Assembly (NCBI GenBank): GCA_964388665.1
Contig: CAYMBJ010000050.1
Location: 4,454 to 28,453 of the forward strand
Reading direction: 5' to 3'
DNA length: 24,000 nucleotides
Source of the DNA: an uncultured Pseudobdellovibrionaceae bacterium
GTDB taxonomy: Bacteria > Bdellovibrionota > Bdellovibrionia > Bdellovibrionales > Bdellovibrionaceae
This document shows positions 1 through 8,666 of this stretch, in pieces (within the stretch, counting starts at the first letter, position 1; each line of letters begins with the position of its first letter). Position numbers and translations under genes: made by a program. Under the pieces are notes generated by a model. It ran no database searches. It saw nothing but the letters and a program-made list of their open reading frames with translations, and was not told where the DNA came from.

Positions 1-48
1 CTGGCTGCAACAAATTGACAAGATGCGTACTGACTCTTTGTGACTTGC

Positions 49-1080
49 TTATTTTGTCTTCATAGAAAGTGCCGGGCGTCGTGGCGAGTCTTGGCAGGCG
101 AGCTTTACTCCCAGAGAATCCTGCATCATCAGGCGAGACCAAGGGCCGCGAGACTCTTCAGCAGCACAGACCCACGAATTAAAATCCTGAGTGGAAATGC
201 CATTGCCGTACTTAGAGACAGAAGCAAAGTGCTTGGCCGCGGGCAGATTGAGATTCTCTACAGCCACCTTCAAGAATTCCTTTTGTGCCGCCGCCTGCTC
301 ACGGGACGAGAGAACAGCAGACAAACTGGATTCGATAATCTGCGGATTCAATTCGAGACTTCGCTCAATAAATGAGACAGCCATCTCGCTACGAGCCTTG
401 AGAGTTTTTTCCGGCGCCGGCAATCGCTTTAAGGCTTCTACCAAGAAGAAACTGGGAAAGCGTTTCAATTCTGGCTCAAACTCAGAAAATCCAGATAACA
501 AATTTAGACCCTTGTCATAGCATTGCAGCTTTCTGCTTTTCACCACTGAAATTGCGGCATCGAAAACCTGAAAGCTCTTTTGCTGGAGCAGTTGCTTTTC
601 TAAAACAAGCAACTCTTCGTTTGTTTCCAATTGCGTAATGCTAGCCAAAGACATTTGCGCCACTTTGCAAACATCGATCGGAGCGATCTCTGCCTCAACC
701 TGCGCAAAAATCTCTCGAGTTAAGAATGGATGTGATTCCTCGCGAGGATCTATAGAGGTTGTTAAAAATGAGCGTTTTTCATTGTCCTCGCACTTTGCTA
801 GGTTCTTCGCCCTCTCCTTAACAAAGCTTTTCAGCTGGCTCCGCTCGGATGCAAATTTTCCCACGCAAGACGGCATCGATTCACAGCTTAGGTACATTTC
901 GTACTCAGTTGCACGATTGGCCAGGTCTTCGCAATTTATGGCTTCAAAAAATTCAGCTTGAGAATTCACAGCAAACAGCATCACGCTCAAGTTCATCAAC
1001 CATTTAATGCCAGCTTTCCATCCAATAATGGAAACTGGCTCTGCATCGCGGTTCGCACCCTGTGTACCAAAATTGCGCAT
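49..1080 (-). CDS. Secreted hypothetical protein, Cys-containing, probable signal peptide (true start probably internal, near 996-999)
   Basis: Long ORF. The stretch KAGIKWLMNLSVMLFAVNSQA|EFF looks like a signal peptide with an A-x-A-like c-region. ATG at 996 or TTG at 999 would be better placed starts than 1080. No family recognised. Confidence 0.6.
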   Translation of the reverse strand: MRNFGTQGANRDAEPVSIIGWKAGIKWLMNLSVMLFAVNSQAEFFEAINCEDLANRATEYEMYLSCESMPSCVGKFASERSQLKSFVKERAKNLAKCEDNEKRSFLTTSIDPREESHPFLTREIFAQVEAEIAPIDVCKVAQMSLASITQLETNEELLVLEKQLLQQKSFQVFDAAISVVKSRKLQCYDKGLNLLSGFSEFEPELKRFPSFFLVEALKRLPAPEKTLKARSEMAVSFIERSLELNPQIIESSLSAVLSSREQAAAQKEFLKVAVENLNLPAAKHFASVSKYGNGISTQDFNSWVCAAEESRGPWSRLMMQDSLGVKLACQDSPRRPALSMKTK

Positions 1081-1174
1081 ACTCTCATCTCCAAATGCAA
1101 TCTATCGCATGGCCAAACGCCACCGAGCGAATATTCATCTAGAGTTGCGAAAATGGTTCCATTTAAAACTGTAT

Positions 1175-1900
1175 CTATTGCATTCTGGGACGTATCTCGC
1201 TGTCGAAGTTTTTGACACTATTTGCGGATTTTCCCGCGACCCAGGACTTGGCTCTATCGAACTCCTCATAGGCAAAATGCTTTACCTCTGCGTTGACAAA
1301 CCTCTTGGCAATTTGCTGCGCCAATTCTGGCAGTAAGCCATCAACAGCCAAGGCAATGCGCTCAATCTTTTTGTGGTGACCACGAATGAACTCTACATGA
1401 CTAAAAAAACTGCCAAGGTTTTCCCAACCAGGAAATCGTCGCGCATGAACAACTATTCCTTTGAATCGGCTTTCATTTTCAAGCCACGAATCCACCCTAT
1501 TTGTCATCACTTCAAAATCTTCAGACGAAAGCGGCCCCTTGACTTCAACTGCCAAAACACCAGTCTCGCGATCCAAAACATAAGAGAGATCGGTCGATGC
1601 CGAAGTCAACCAAGTCTTGGCTTGCGCCAATTCCTTGCCAGGATAAACCTTAACAGGAATGGGCATCATCGCCCCAAAGAATCGACTGGTGGCACAAATC
1701 CATTCCTTGTCACTGACCACCGCTATGCGAGCAAAAGCCTTCATGTACCGCATTTCCAACTTCATGTCCTGCCAGGCGGCTGCAGCTGAAGCCGCCGAGA
1801 ACGCAGCAGATTTTCCCTTTTCTTTTAAGGAGCCTGTTAATCTAGATCGCAGTTTCCAATTGCTTAAGAAGCCTTGGATAGATTCCGCCAAAGCCGCCAT
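1175..1900 (-). CDS. SpoIIAA-like (STAS-related) protein with one partial and one complete domain
   Basis: The second half (VLDRETGVLAVEVKGPLSSEDFEV...GIVVHARRFPGWENLGSFFSHVEFIRGHHKKIERIALAVDG...FVNAEVKHFAYEEFDRAKSWV) matches the SpoIIAA-like family pattern. The N-terminal part (AAWQDMKLEMRYMKAFARIAVVSDKEWI...VKVYPGKELAQAKTWL) resembles the C-terminal half of the same domain. The start codon is uncertain; the ORF overlaps the mpl 3' end. Confidence 0.7.
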   Translation of the reverse strand: MAALAESIQGFLSNWKLRSRLTGSLKEKGKSAAFSAASAAAAWQDMKLEMRYMKAFARIAVVSDKEWICATSRFFGAMMPIPVKVYPGKELAQAKTWLTSASTDLSYVLDRETGVLAVEVKGPLSSEDFEVMTNRVDSWLENESRFKGIVVHARRFPGWENLGSFFSHVEFIRGHHKKIERIALAVDGLLPELAQQIAKRFVNAEVKHFAYEEFDRAKSWVAGKSANSVKNFDSEIRPRMQ

Positions 1901-3305
1901 TGCTCATGAGCACGATCACGTCTCCAGGGCGGGCCTGGCGAACAAGCTTTGCCAAGACGTCGTCAGTGGATTCGCCAAGTTCACTTTTTGAATTCACGTT
2001 GATATCCGCGACGAGTTCAGCGGAGGAAAAGCGGTCGGTCTCAGCAATTTTACTCTGGTCATAGGCCTGTGCGATGACACTGTAGTCAGCAACCTGAAAG
2101 GCGCGTCCATATTCGTGTTGAAAGAACTTTCTTCGGGAAGTGGCACTCCGAGGTTCAAAGGCGCAGAGGAGACGACGCTCGGGGTACTTTTGCTTGAGTC
2201 CTTCAAGTGTGAGCTTTACGGCCGTGGGATGATGAGCGAAGTCTTCGATCACCAAGATTCCGCGTGGTTCGCCCAAAATCTCTTGGCGGCGCTTAACGCC
2301 CTTAAAGCTAAGGAAGGCGCGCTGAATGTCTGCAAATGCAATTCCCTGCTCGATTGCAACAATCATGGCGGAAAGAGAATTGAGGACATTGTACTCGCCA
2401 GAGAGCAGACTCTCAAGGGTGCCGAGCTTTTCTCCTTGCTGAAAAGCATCAAACTTCACGCCCTTTGCCGATGCGGTGATGTATTTAGCTTGATAGTCTC
2501 CGGCGTGAATTCCGTAAGAGATCTTCTTGCCTGCAAAGGGCGCCACAACTTCTCGAACATTTTGGTGCTCTTGCCAATAGACCAAAGTCCCTTTTGGCGT
2601 AAGCACTTCAAGTAGCATACTGAAGGCTCGCTTTACATCATCGAGATCTTTATAGATATCGGCATGATCAAACTCCACGCTGGTCAAGATGGCGCAGCTG
2701 GGGCGATAGTGTATAAACTTGGGCACCTTATCAAAAAAGGCTGTGTCGTACTCATCTCCTTCGATCACAAAGCAGTCTGCTTTGGGCATAGCAAAGGAGT
2801 ATTCAAAATTAAGTGGAATGCCGCCAATCAGATATCCAGGCTTTCGCCCAGCCACCTCAAAGATCCAAGCCAATAGTGAGGTGGTGGTGGTTTTTCCGTG
2901 AGTGCCAGAGACCACAAAGGACTTGCGATTTTCGATCACGGCCTCACCCATGGCTTTGGCCAAGGAGGTGTACGGCAGCTGCCGACGCAGCACCTCTTCG
3001 ACCTCAACATTACCGCGCGAGATGACATTGCCAATGATTACAAAGTCAGGAACTTTTTCTGTAACGTTTTTTGCATCATAGCCCGCGTACAGATGGATAC
3101 CCAGCTTTTCAATCTGCGTGGACATGGGCGGATAGGGATTGGCGTCACTGCCCGTGATCTTGTAGCCCTTGGCCTGCAGCAAACCGGCCAGACTTGCCAT
3201 TGCGGTTCCGCAGATTCCAAGAAAATGAATATGGCTACCAGCAGGAAGGTTTTCAAGAGAAGAGTGAGTGCTCAATCGCAGCTCCTTATGCGCAACAACT
3301 CGCAA
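1842..3305 (-). CDS. mpl: UDP-N-acetylmuramate:L-alanyl-gamma-D-glutamyl-meso-diaminopimelate ligase (Mpl), Mur ligase family
   Basis: IHFLGICGTAMASLAGLLQAKGYKITGSDANPYPPMSTQIE, VVSGTHGKTTTTSLLAWIFE (ATP-binding GTHGKT), FVIEGDEYDTAFFDKVPKFIHY, VEFDHADIY, IEDFAHHPTAV. Confidence 0.92.
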   Translation of the reverse strand: MRVVAHKELRLSTHSSLENLPAGSHIHFLGICGTAMASLAGLLQAKGYKITGSDANPYPPMSTQIEKLGIHLYAGYDAKNVTEKVPDFVIIGNVISRGNVEVEEVLRRQLPYTSLAKAMGEAVIENRKSFVVSGTHGKTTTTSLLAWIFEVAGRKPGYLIGGIPLNFEYSFAMPKADCFVIEGDEYDTAFFDKVPKFIHYRPSCAILTSVEFDHADIYKDLDDVKRAFSMLLEVLTPKGTLVYWQEHQNVREVVAPFAGKKISYGIHAGDYQAKYITASAKGVKFDAFQQGEKLGTLESLLSGEYNVLNSLSAMIVAIEQGIAFADIQRAFLSFKGVKRRQEILGEPRGILVIEDFAHHPTAVKLTLEGLKQKYPERRLLCAFEPRSATSRRKFFQHEYGRAFQVADYSVIAQAYDQSKIAETDRFSSAELVADINVNSKSELGESTDDVLAKLVRQARPGDVIVLMSNGGFGGIYPRLLKQLETAI

Positions 3306-3322
3306 AGCGAGTTCATAATAAT

Positions 3323-4387
3323 TTATAGCATCGAGGACTTTTTCATGCCCTCAACAATCCAATTGTGCAGAATCGGGCGTAACATCGCAAATGCTTTGTT
3401 GTCTCGACCGTAGGCCACGCGATTGCTGAGTATCACGACTATCAAATCCGTTCGCGGATCATACCAAAACGAAGTTCCCGTAAATCCCGTATGCCCTATG
3501 GATTGGCCCGAAAAGTAGGAGCCACTGCTGGCAGAGCCCAAGGTGGGCATCATAAATCCGAGCGCCCAATCGCCAACACTCTCTGGCACCTGGCGTGCCG
3601 CAAACACTTTGGCCGTCTTTTGCTTGATGTGGTAACGAGCGATTCCGAGCAGTTGCGAACGCACCTGAAGCGCATACCAACTCACATCATCAATGCTCCC
3701 AAAGAGACCAGCATGAGTGCTCAATCCTCCCATAGACCACGCATTTTCATCGTGCACTTCGCCCTGAAGCACTCGCTTTCGCCAAGCACACTCTTCGGTG
3801 GGCGCATAGAGACTCTGCCGATACATCGGTTCGTTATTTTGATTGAACTCAAGTGTCGTGCCATCATAAAAGCGCGTTTTTAAGCTCTGCCAGACCTGAT
3901 CGATCGGCTGATCATAGATCGCCTCCAAGACATAACTCAACAGCCAAAAGCCAACATCCGAATAGACACTTTGATCCTTGGCTTCGAGAGGAGTTTTGAT
4001 TAATATCTCTTTCAACTGTTCGCGCCGCTCAGCGGGAGTCTTATTGAGATCGCACCATTGATAAAAGGGCAACCACCAGGGCAGTCCAGAGCGATGAATG
4101 AGCACGTCGCGAATCGTGACCGTCTCAGAATTGAACCATGGCACCAAGCTCTGCACTTTGGTGTCTAAGGACCATCGCCCCTCCTCAAAAGCCGCCATAA
4201 AGGCCTGCACGGTGAAAATGATTTTGGTTAAGCTTGCTAAATCATAGTAGGCGTAGGTATCGCCCACCGCTACATCGCAAAAAACTTTACCATTGACGTA
4301 GGCGCGAACCATCAGACCTGGAGTCACATCGCGAATTTTAGATTCCAACTGCGTTATCAGATTTTTTTCGAATACACTGTATCTCAT
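3323..4387 (-). CDS. Beta-lactamase-fold serine hydrolase (class C / D-Ala-D-Ala carboxypeptidase-like)
   Basis: DLASLTKIIFTVQAFM (SxxK), VTIRDVLIHRSGLPWW, YSDVGFWLL, GLFGSIDDVSWYA and a C-terminal GHTGFTGTSFWYDP motif. Confidence 0.88.
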   Translation of the reverse strand: MRYSVFEKNLITQLESKIRDVTPGLMVRAYVNGKVFCDVAVGDTYAYYDLASLTKIIFTVQAFMAAFEEGRWSLDTKVQSLVPWFNSETVTIRDVLIHRSGLPWWLPFYQWCDLNKTPAERREQLKEILIKTPLEAKDQSVYSDVGFWLLSYVLEAIYDQPIDQVWQSLKTRFYDGTTLEFNQNNEPMYRQSLYAPTEECAWRKRVLQGEVHDENAWSMGGLSTHAGLFGSIDDVSWYALQVRSQLLGIARYHIKQKTAKVFAARQVPESVGDWALGFMMPTLGSASSGSYFSGQSIGHTGFTGTSFWYDPRTDLIVVILSNRVAYGRDNKAFAMLRPILHNWIVEGMKKSSML

Positions 4388-4408
4388 TATGAAGTCATTG
4401 GAGCAGGA

Positions 4409-5392
4409 TTAGCTCGATATTTCAATTTGATATTGGCTTGGCTGCACACTGAAAATCTTTGCTCGCCCACCAAACACCCAAGGCTTTTGCTGTGGACTAT
4501 GACCAAACGGAAATCCCGAAAAAACTGGAATATCGACCTCCTGCGCAAACCGTTTAAGAACAGGCTTTACGAGAGACTTTTCCTGCCCAGGCTCTTTGCC
4601 GCCAGAAAAATCGCCAAACACCACAGCCACCACCAATTGCCGAAACTTCGGCCACTGTTGCAGCTGAGTTAGCAGGCGATCAATACGGTAGCCTCGCTCC
4701 CCGACATCCTCAAAAAAAAGAATCTGCCGCTCAGCTTTGCGTTGGGGAAAGTAGGGCCCGCCTAGCAAACTCATATAGGTGACGAGATTTCCACCAAGGG
4801 CAACTCCCTCCAGGTGCTTTGTTGCCGTCACCTTGGTCATGATCTTGCGATCAGAGCTGCTCAGAAGTCTCACCTTTGCGGGCTTTGTGGGACTCTGTAT
4901 TGAATCTCGCTGCAAAATGCTCCAGGACTCTTGAACCCATTTTTTTTCCACCCCGTCGGCCGCCAACCTCTCAAGCACAGGCCCGTGCAGTGAGGGCCAG
5001 CGCCACTCTTGCCAAAGGTAAGCACTCAGTGCGGTGACATCACTCATGCCAATCAACCATTTTTTTTGTGATGGCTTTTTGATTTTGTCCAGATAAGGTA
5101 AAAGTCGTTGACTGCCGTATCCACCGCGCAAACACCACACGGCCCGACACTCCGGATTTTCCAGCGCCGCCACCAACTGCTTTGCGCGAATCTCATCACG
5201 ATGAGCATGCAAAAAGTGTCCACCCAAAACAGGCCTGCGGATCTGCACGCGATAGCCTTTGCCTTGCAAAAACTCTGTGGCCCGCAACAGCTGCACTCTG
5301 TCCGCACCAAATCCAGGAGCGATCACTTCAATCAGGTCTCCCCTTTTTAGGGAGGCAGGAGTGAAGGATTTAGAAAGTTTCTTTGAAGTCAT
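4409..5392 (-). CDS. ldcA: LD-carboxypeptidase (peptidase S66 family, murein tetrapeptide carboxypeptidase)
   Basis: LKRGDLIEVIAPGFG, VWCLRGGYGSQRLLPYLD, KKWLIGMSDVTALSAYLW, LHGPVLE, FEDVGERGYRIDRLLTQL, GFPFGHSPQQ: characteristic S66 motifs. Confidence 0.88.
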   Translation of the reverse strand: MTSKKLSKSFTPASLKRGDLIEVIAPGFGADRVQLLRATEFLQGKGYRVQIRRPVLGGHFLHAHRDEIRAKQLVAALENPECRAVWCLRGGYGSQRLLPYLDKIKKPSQKKWLIGMSDVTALSAYLWQEWRWPSLHGPVLERLAADGVEKKWVQESWSILQRDSIQSPTKPAKVRLLSSSDRKIMTKVTATKHLEGVALGGNLVTYMSLLGGPYFPQRKAERQILFFEDVGERGYRIDRLLTQLQQWPKFRQLVVAVVFGDFSGGKEPGQEKSLVKPVLKRFAQEVDIPVFSGFPFGHSPQQKPWVFGGRAKIFSVQPSQYQIEISS

Positions 5393-5595
5393 TTAATTGC
5401 AACCTTGATTTCCGCAACTTCCTAGCTACGACCTGGAACGACAGTTCTCTTGACACTATAGCAACAATCTTTGACCCGTCAATCTTTTAGACAGTCGTCA
5501 CGGTCCACAGATTCCTACTGACACTGTCCTCCTTTGGCTTTGATCTTGCAATTTCGAAGATCTGTACAAATTCGCTAATTTTTAAGGAGTGCTCA

Positions 5596-7053
5596 ATGAC
5601 TTTAAATAACAATGCCCGCCGATTCTTTGTTTCCGTTTTTACTTTAGGAGTCGTTTTTGCGTCTTCGCCAGGACTCGCATTCTCGTTTACTAAAAAGACT
5701 GAAGGATGTCGCCCAGCTGCTAGCAGTGACGACAAGTTGACTACCGATGAAACAATCAATTGTTTTGCAAATGACAAGGTGAAGTTTGCAGTTAAAACTC
5801 CTGACGAAATTACCATAGATGACCTTTCTGCGGAAATGCTTGCAGAAGGACCCAATATGCATGGTTTAACAGACCAAGAGCTCAGCTCAAAAAAGGTTTA
5901 CTGCCGTTATAAGTATCACGAAAAGTCACAAAACAGCCCCAAATTTCGCTGTTTCCGCACTGATTCCAATGGGCGTTTTTTTAACAGCCAAAATGAAATT
6001 GTAACTGAAGCCGTTGAGGCCTTGGATGCTGATAAAAAAATCAATGGAGTCGAATACAAAGAGGGCACTCTTTTAGACATCTCCGGACAACCAATTGCGG
6101 TGGGTTCAGAAATTCAAAGAGGTGACGAAATCAAGGTCAAATACCTTTCTACAAAAGTCAAATCTACTTCAGGCAACAGTTTCGTTCTTGAAGAAGAAAT
6201 TGAAATGCCAAGATACCGCGAAGTTTTCACAGAAGTCGTTGGCACGCGGCTGATGTGGGCGCTTGGTTTTCCTGCTGACAATATCTACCCTGTTGAAAAG
6301 CTCATTTGCTTTGGCTGCAACAATCACCCATTCGAGCAGCTCAAGTCCACAATCAATATGGAAGAAGTACGAAAATCAGCCAATCCTTTTGGTGTAATTA
6401 TCAACTACAATGCCCAATTTACATCGCCAATTATCGAAAGACGATATGAACCAAAAAAAATCGGCGAGAGCTGGGACTTCGACGTCATAACTAAAGACAA
6501 TGTAGTAAAGAATTGGACAGCGGAACAGAAAAACGACTTTGAGGCCATGATCTTGGCAGTCAGCCTGATCAACTATTACAATCCCATTGCACAGCAGAAT
6601 CGTTTGCACTGCGAGAGCAAACCTAAAGACAACCAGTGCGACTATCCAATGGCCATGATTCAGGACGTAGGATCAACCTTGGGTGGCGACCATCCAGGCC
6701 TTTTCAATTCTGGAATTGCGATTCCAGGCCTTATGCAAAACCCTCGTGGAGAGCTCTCGGCCTTTGAGAATGGCAAGATCTTCGCAAATGCAGCCACCTG
6801 TCAACTTGGCCATGCCTTCGGCGAAGTTACCCACATTTCAAACTCAGGCATGTCATCCTTTTTGGCCAGACTCAATGCCGCAGACCTAACAGAAGAAAAG
6901 GTTCGCGCTATCTTTGAGGCTTCACGAATCGTGAATGCTGACCCAGAACTGAGAGACACTTTGGGTGCCAATGTGGTCTTGAACCGCTGGGTGCAAGCCT
7001 TTATGAATCACGTTCAAGAGGTCAAGAGTGCGGGATCTTGTTTGGAACACTAG
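5596..7053 (+). CDS. Secreted protein of unknown function, possible degenerate kinase-like fold; paralog of the next gene
   Basis: SD AAGGAG upstream of ATG; signal-peptide-like N-terminus (RRFFVSVFTLGVVFASSPGLAFS). Shares co-linear motifs with 7154..8653: GTRLMWALGFPADNIYPVEKLICFGC, ILAVSLINYYNPIAQQNRLHC, MIQDVGSTLG, AATC. Confidence 0.8.
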   Translation: MTLNNNARRFFVSVFTLGVVFASSPGLAFSFTKKTEGCRPAASSDDKLTTDETINCFANDKVKFAVKTPDEITIDDLSAEMLAEGPNMHGLTDQELSSKKVYCRYKYHEKSQNSPKFRCFRTDSNGRFFNSQNEIVTEAVEALDADKKINGVEYKEGTLLDISGQPIAVGSEIQRGDEIKVKYLSTKVKSTSGNSFVLEEEIEMPRYREVFTEVVGTRLMWALGFPADNIYPVEKLICFGCNNHPFEQLKSTINMEEVRKSANPFGVIINYNAQFTSPIIERRYEPKKIGESWDFDVITKDNVVKNWTAEQKNDFEAMILAVSLINYYNPIAQQNRLHCESKPKDNQCDYPMAMIQDVGSTLGGDHPGLFNSGIAIPGLMQNPRGELSAFENGKIFANAATCQLGHAFGEVTHISNSGMSSFLARLNAADLTEEKVRAIFEASRIVNADPELRDTLGANVVLNRWVQAFMNHVQEVKSAGSCLEH

Positions 7054-7062
7054 CGATAGGGT

Positions 7063-7089
7063 AGGAGCGCTTTCTCTGAAAGCGCTCCT
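7063..7089. repeat. Perfect 12-bp inverted repeat with 3-nt loop (hairpin) between the two secreted paralogs
   Basis: AGGAGCGCTTTC-tct-GAAAGCGCTCCT. Flanking GCGAT (7053-7057) / GTCGC (7090-7094) can extend pairing across an asymmetric bulge. No T-tract follows. Confidence 0.85.
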
Positions 7090-7153
7090 GTCGCGAAGAC
7101 GTATCTGCACCTCTATAATTATACAAAAACCTGAATCTTGAAAGGGCCACTTT

Positions 7154-8653
7154 ATGAAAAGATCTTTAATTCTTACATCAATATTTGCCACTGCAAACCT
7201 AATTTCGACTGCAGCAAGTTCCGAAATTCTAATTAACACCTTGGACGAGAGAGCTGAACTTTTGAAACAAGCCGACGTTTGGGACCGTCCTGATTGGATC
7301 GAAAAGGACACTCACAAGTTTTTAGACTCTTACCAACTGTCTAAAAAAGGCGTTGATTCAGCAATACAGACCAATGGTGAATTTATTGAACTGGGTCCTG
7401 ATCGTGACTCTAGCATCGCTAAGGCTCTGAGCGAGGAAAACGTCGAATGCATCTATAACGACGAGCGAACGCAACGAAGCAAAAAGACCTCAGGATTCAC
7501 GCCTAAATTCTATTGCGATTTAAAATACACCAAAACCACAAATGATGGGATTGAAAATAAGACCAAAACTATCAAAATCAAGTATGACAACGGCGAAGCC
7601 TATTCAGAAATGGCTGCAACACGATTGATGTGGGCTCTGGGATTTAAAGCAGACAAAATGTATTCTGTTAAAAAACTGACTTGCCTTGGCTGCCCCGATG
7701 GTAATCCATGGAGGAATCAAGAGACTTACAGCTTGAGTAAATTTGGCGACAACCAAGTTGTTTTTGAAAATGTAGTGGCCGAACAAAAGTTTGACGCTGA
7801 AGAAATTGAGATGAATCCGGCTACCAATATCGCCTACAACGAATCAAAGGGATTTGACATGGGCACACTCTTTAATGGATTTTTGCGCCAAGATATTGAA
7901 CGCCTCCCTCGTGAAGATCAAGACATCGCCATTAAACGCAAAACACAGCGTGAAGCGCTTCGATTGCTTGCAGTGTTTTTGCAACATGGTGACAACAAGA
8001 GTGCTCAACAAAGACTTGCCTGTAAACTGAAAGATGGGAGCGAAGATAAATCAAGCATCACTATCGATGATTGCAAAGAGGGCAAACTCTACGCCTTAAT
8101 TCAAGACGTTGGCGCCACTTTTGGTATAGGATCTTGGACCATTCCTGAAAATCCAATCATGAACTTTTTTACCTCGATCCCCTCGAAAGTGATCCTTGAG
8201 TCAGCAAAAATGAATGCAGATGGCTGGAACCAATCTCCCTTCTGGAATGACGCAGCCACATGCCGTGCAAACTTGAATTCTGCCCACACAGAAAAGATGG
8301 ACGATCCGATCATTTCAGAGGAAGGTCGGCAGTTTTTGGCCACACTATTAAGTGGATTCATCGACGGCAGCAATGGCGAGGAACGACTGACAGCTTTGTT
8401 TACTAAGAGCCGCGCTGATATTCGCATGGCGAGAATTCGCTTAAACGCTGAACTCACCAGAGCATCCCAGGCCAAAGATTTACAAGAGTACTATAAGCTG
8501 ACTCGTGAATATGACCAAAATCTCAAAACACAAACTGCTATTGAACTCGCCAACTGGAAAAATATTTTCCGCCAAAAGGTGGCTGAATTGAAAAATCCAG
8601 TGCCAGAAAATCCAAACTTCTCATGCCCTACCAGCATTCTTGATGCTGAGTGA
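7154..8653 (+). CDS. Secreted protein of unknown function, possible kinase-like fold with intact HxDNK...Q and QDxGxTFG motifs
   Basis: N-terminal signal-like sequence MKRSLILTSIFATANLISTAAS. Motifs KIKYDNGEAYSEMAATRLMWALGFKADKMYSVKKLTCLGC, AVFLQHGDNKSAQQRLAC, ALIQDVGATFG, SPFWNDAATC, ISEEGRQFLATLLSGF. Confidence 0.8.
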   Translation: MKRSLILTSIFATANLISTAASSEILINTLDERAELLKQADVWDRPDWIEKDTHKFLDSYQLSKKGVDSAIQTNGEFIELGPDRDSSIAKALSEENVECIYNDERTQRSKKTSGFTPKFYCDLKYTKTTNDGIENKTKTIKIKYDNGEAYSEMAATRLMWALGFKADKMYSVKKLTCLGCPDGNPWRNQETYSLSKFGDNQVVFENVVAEQKFDAEEIEMNPATNIAYNESKGFDMGTLFNGFLRQDIERLPREDQDIAIKRKTQREALRLLAVFLQHGDNKSAQQRLACKLKDGSEDKSSITIDDCKEGKLYALIQDVGATFGIGSWTIPENPIMNFFTSIPSKVILESAKMNADGWNQSPFWNDAATCRANLNSAHTEKMDDPIISEEGRQFLATLLSGFIDGSNGEERLTALFTKSRADIRMARIRLNAELTRASQAKDLQEYYKLTREYDQNLKTQTAIELANWKNIFRQKVAELKNPVPENPNFSCPTSILDAE

Positions 8654-8666
8654 ATGGACTTCGGTG

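Noticed and set aside
5491-5528. GACAGT...ACTGTC inverted repeat upstream of the first secreted paralog as an operator
   Set aside because: Only 6-bp arms with a wide, irregular spacing, which is expected by chance.
5487-5855. 122-aa minus-strand ORF
   Set aside because: Antisense to the SD-supported, signal-peptide-bearing gene 5596..7053, with a low-complexity translation and no recognisable family.
7114-7119. TATAAT upstream of the second secreted paralog
   Set aside because: A perfect -10 hexamer, but no recognisable -35 about 17 nt upstream. Kept only as a weak possibility for independent expression after the hairpin.
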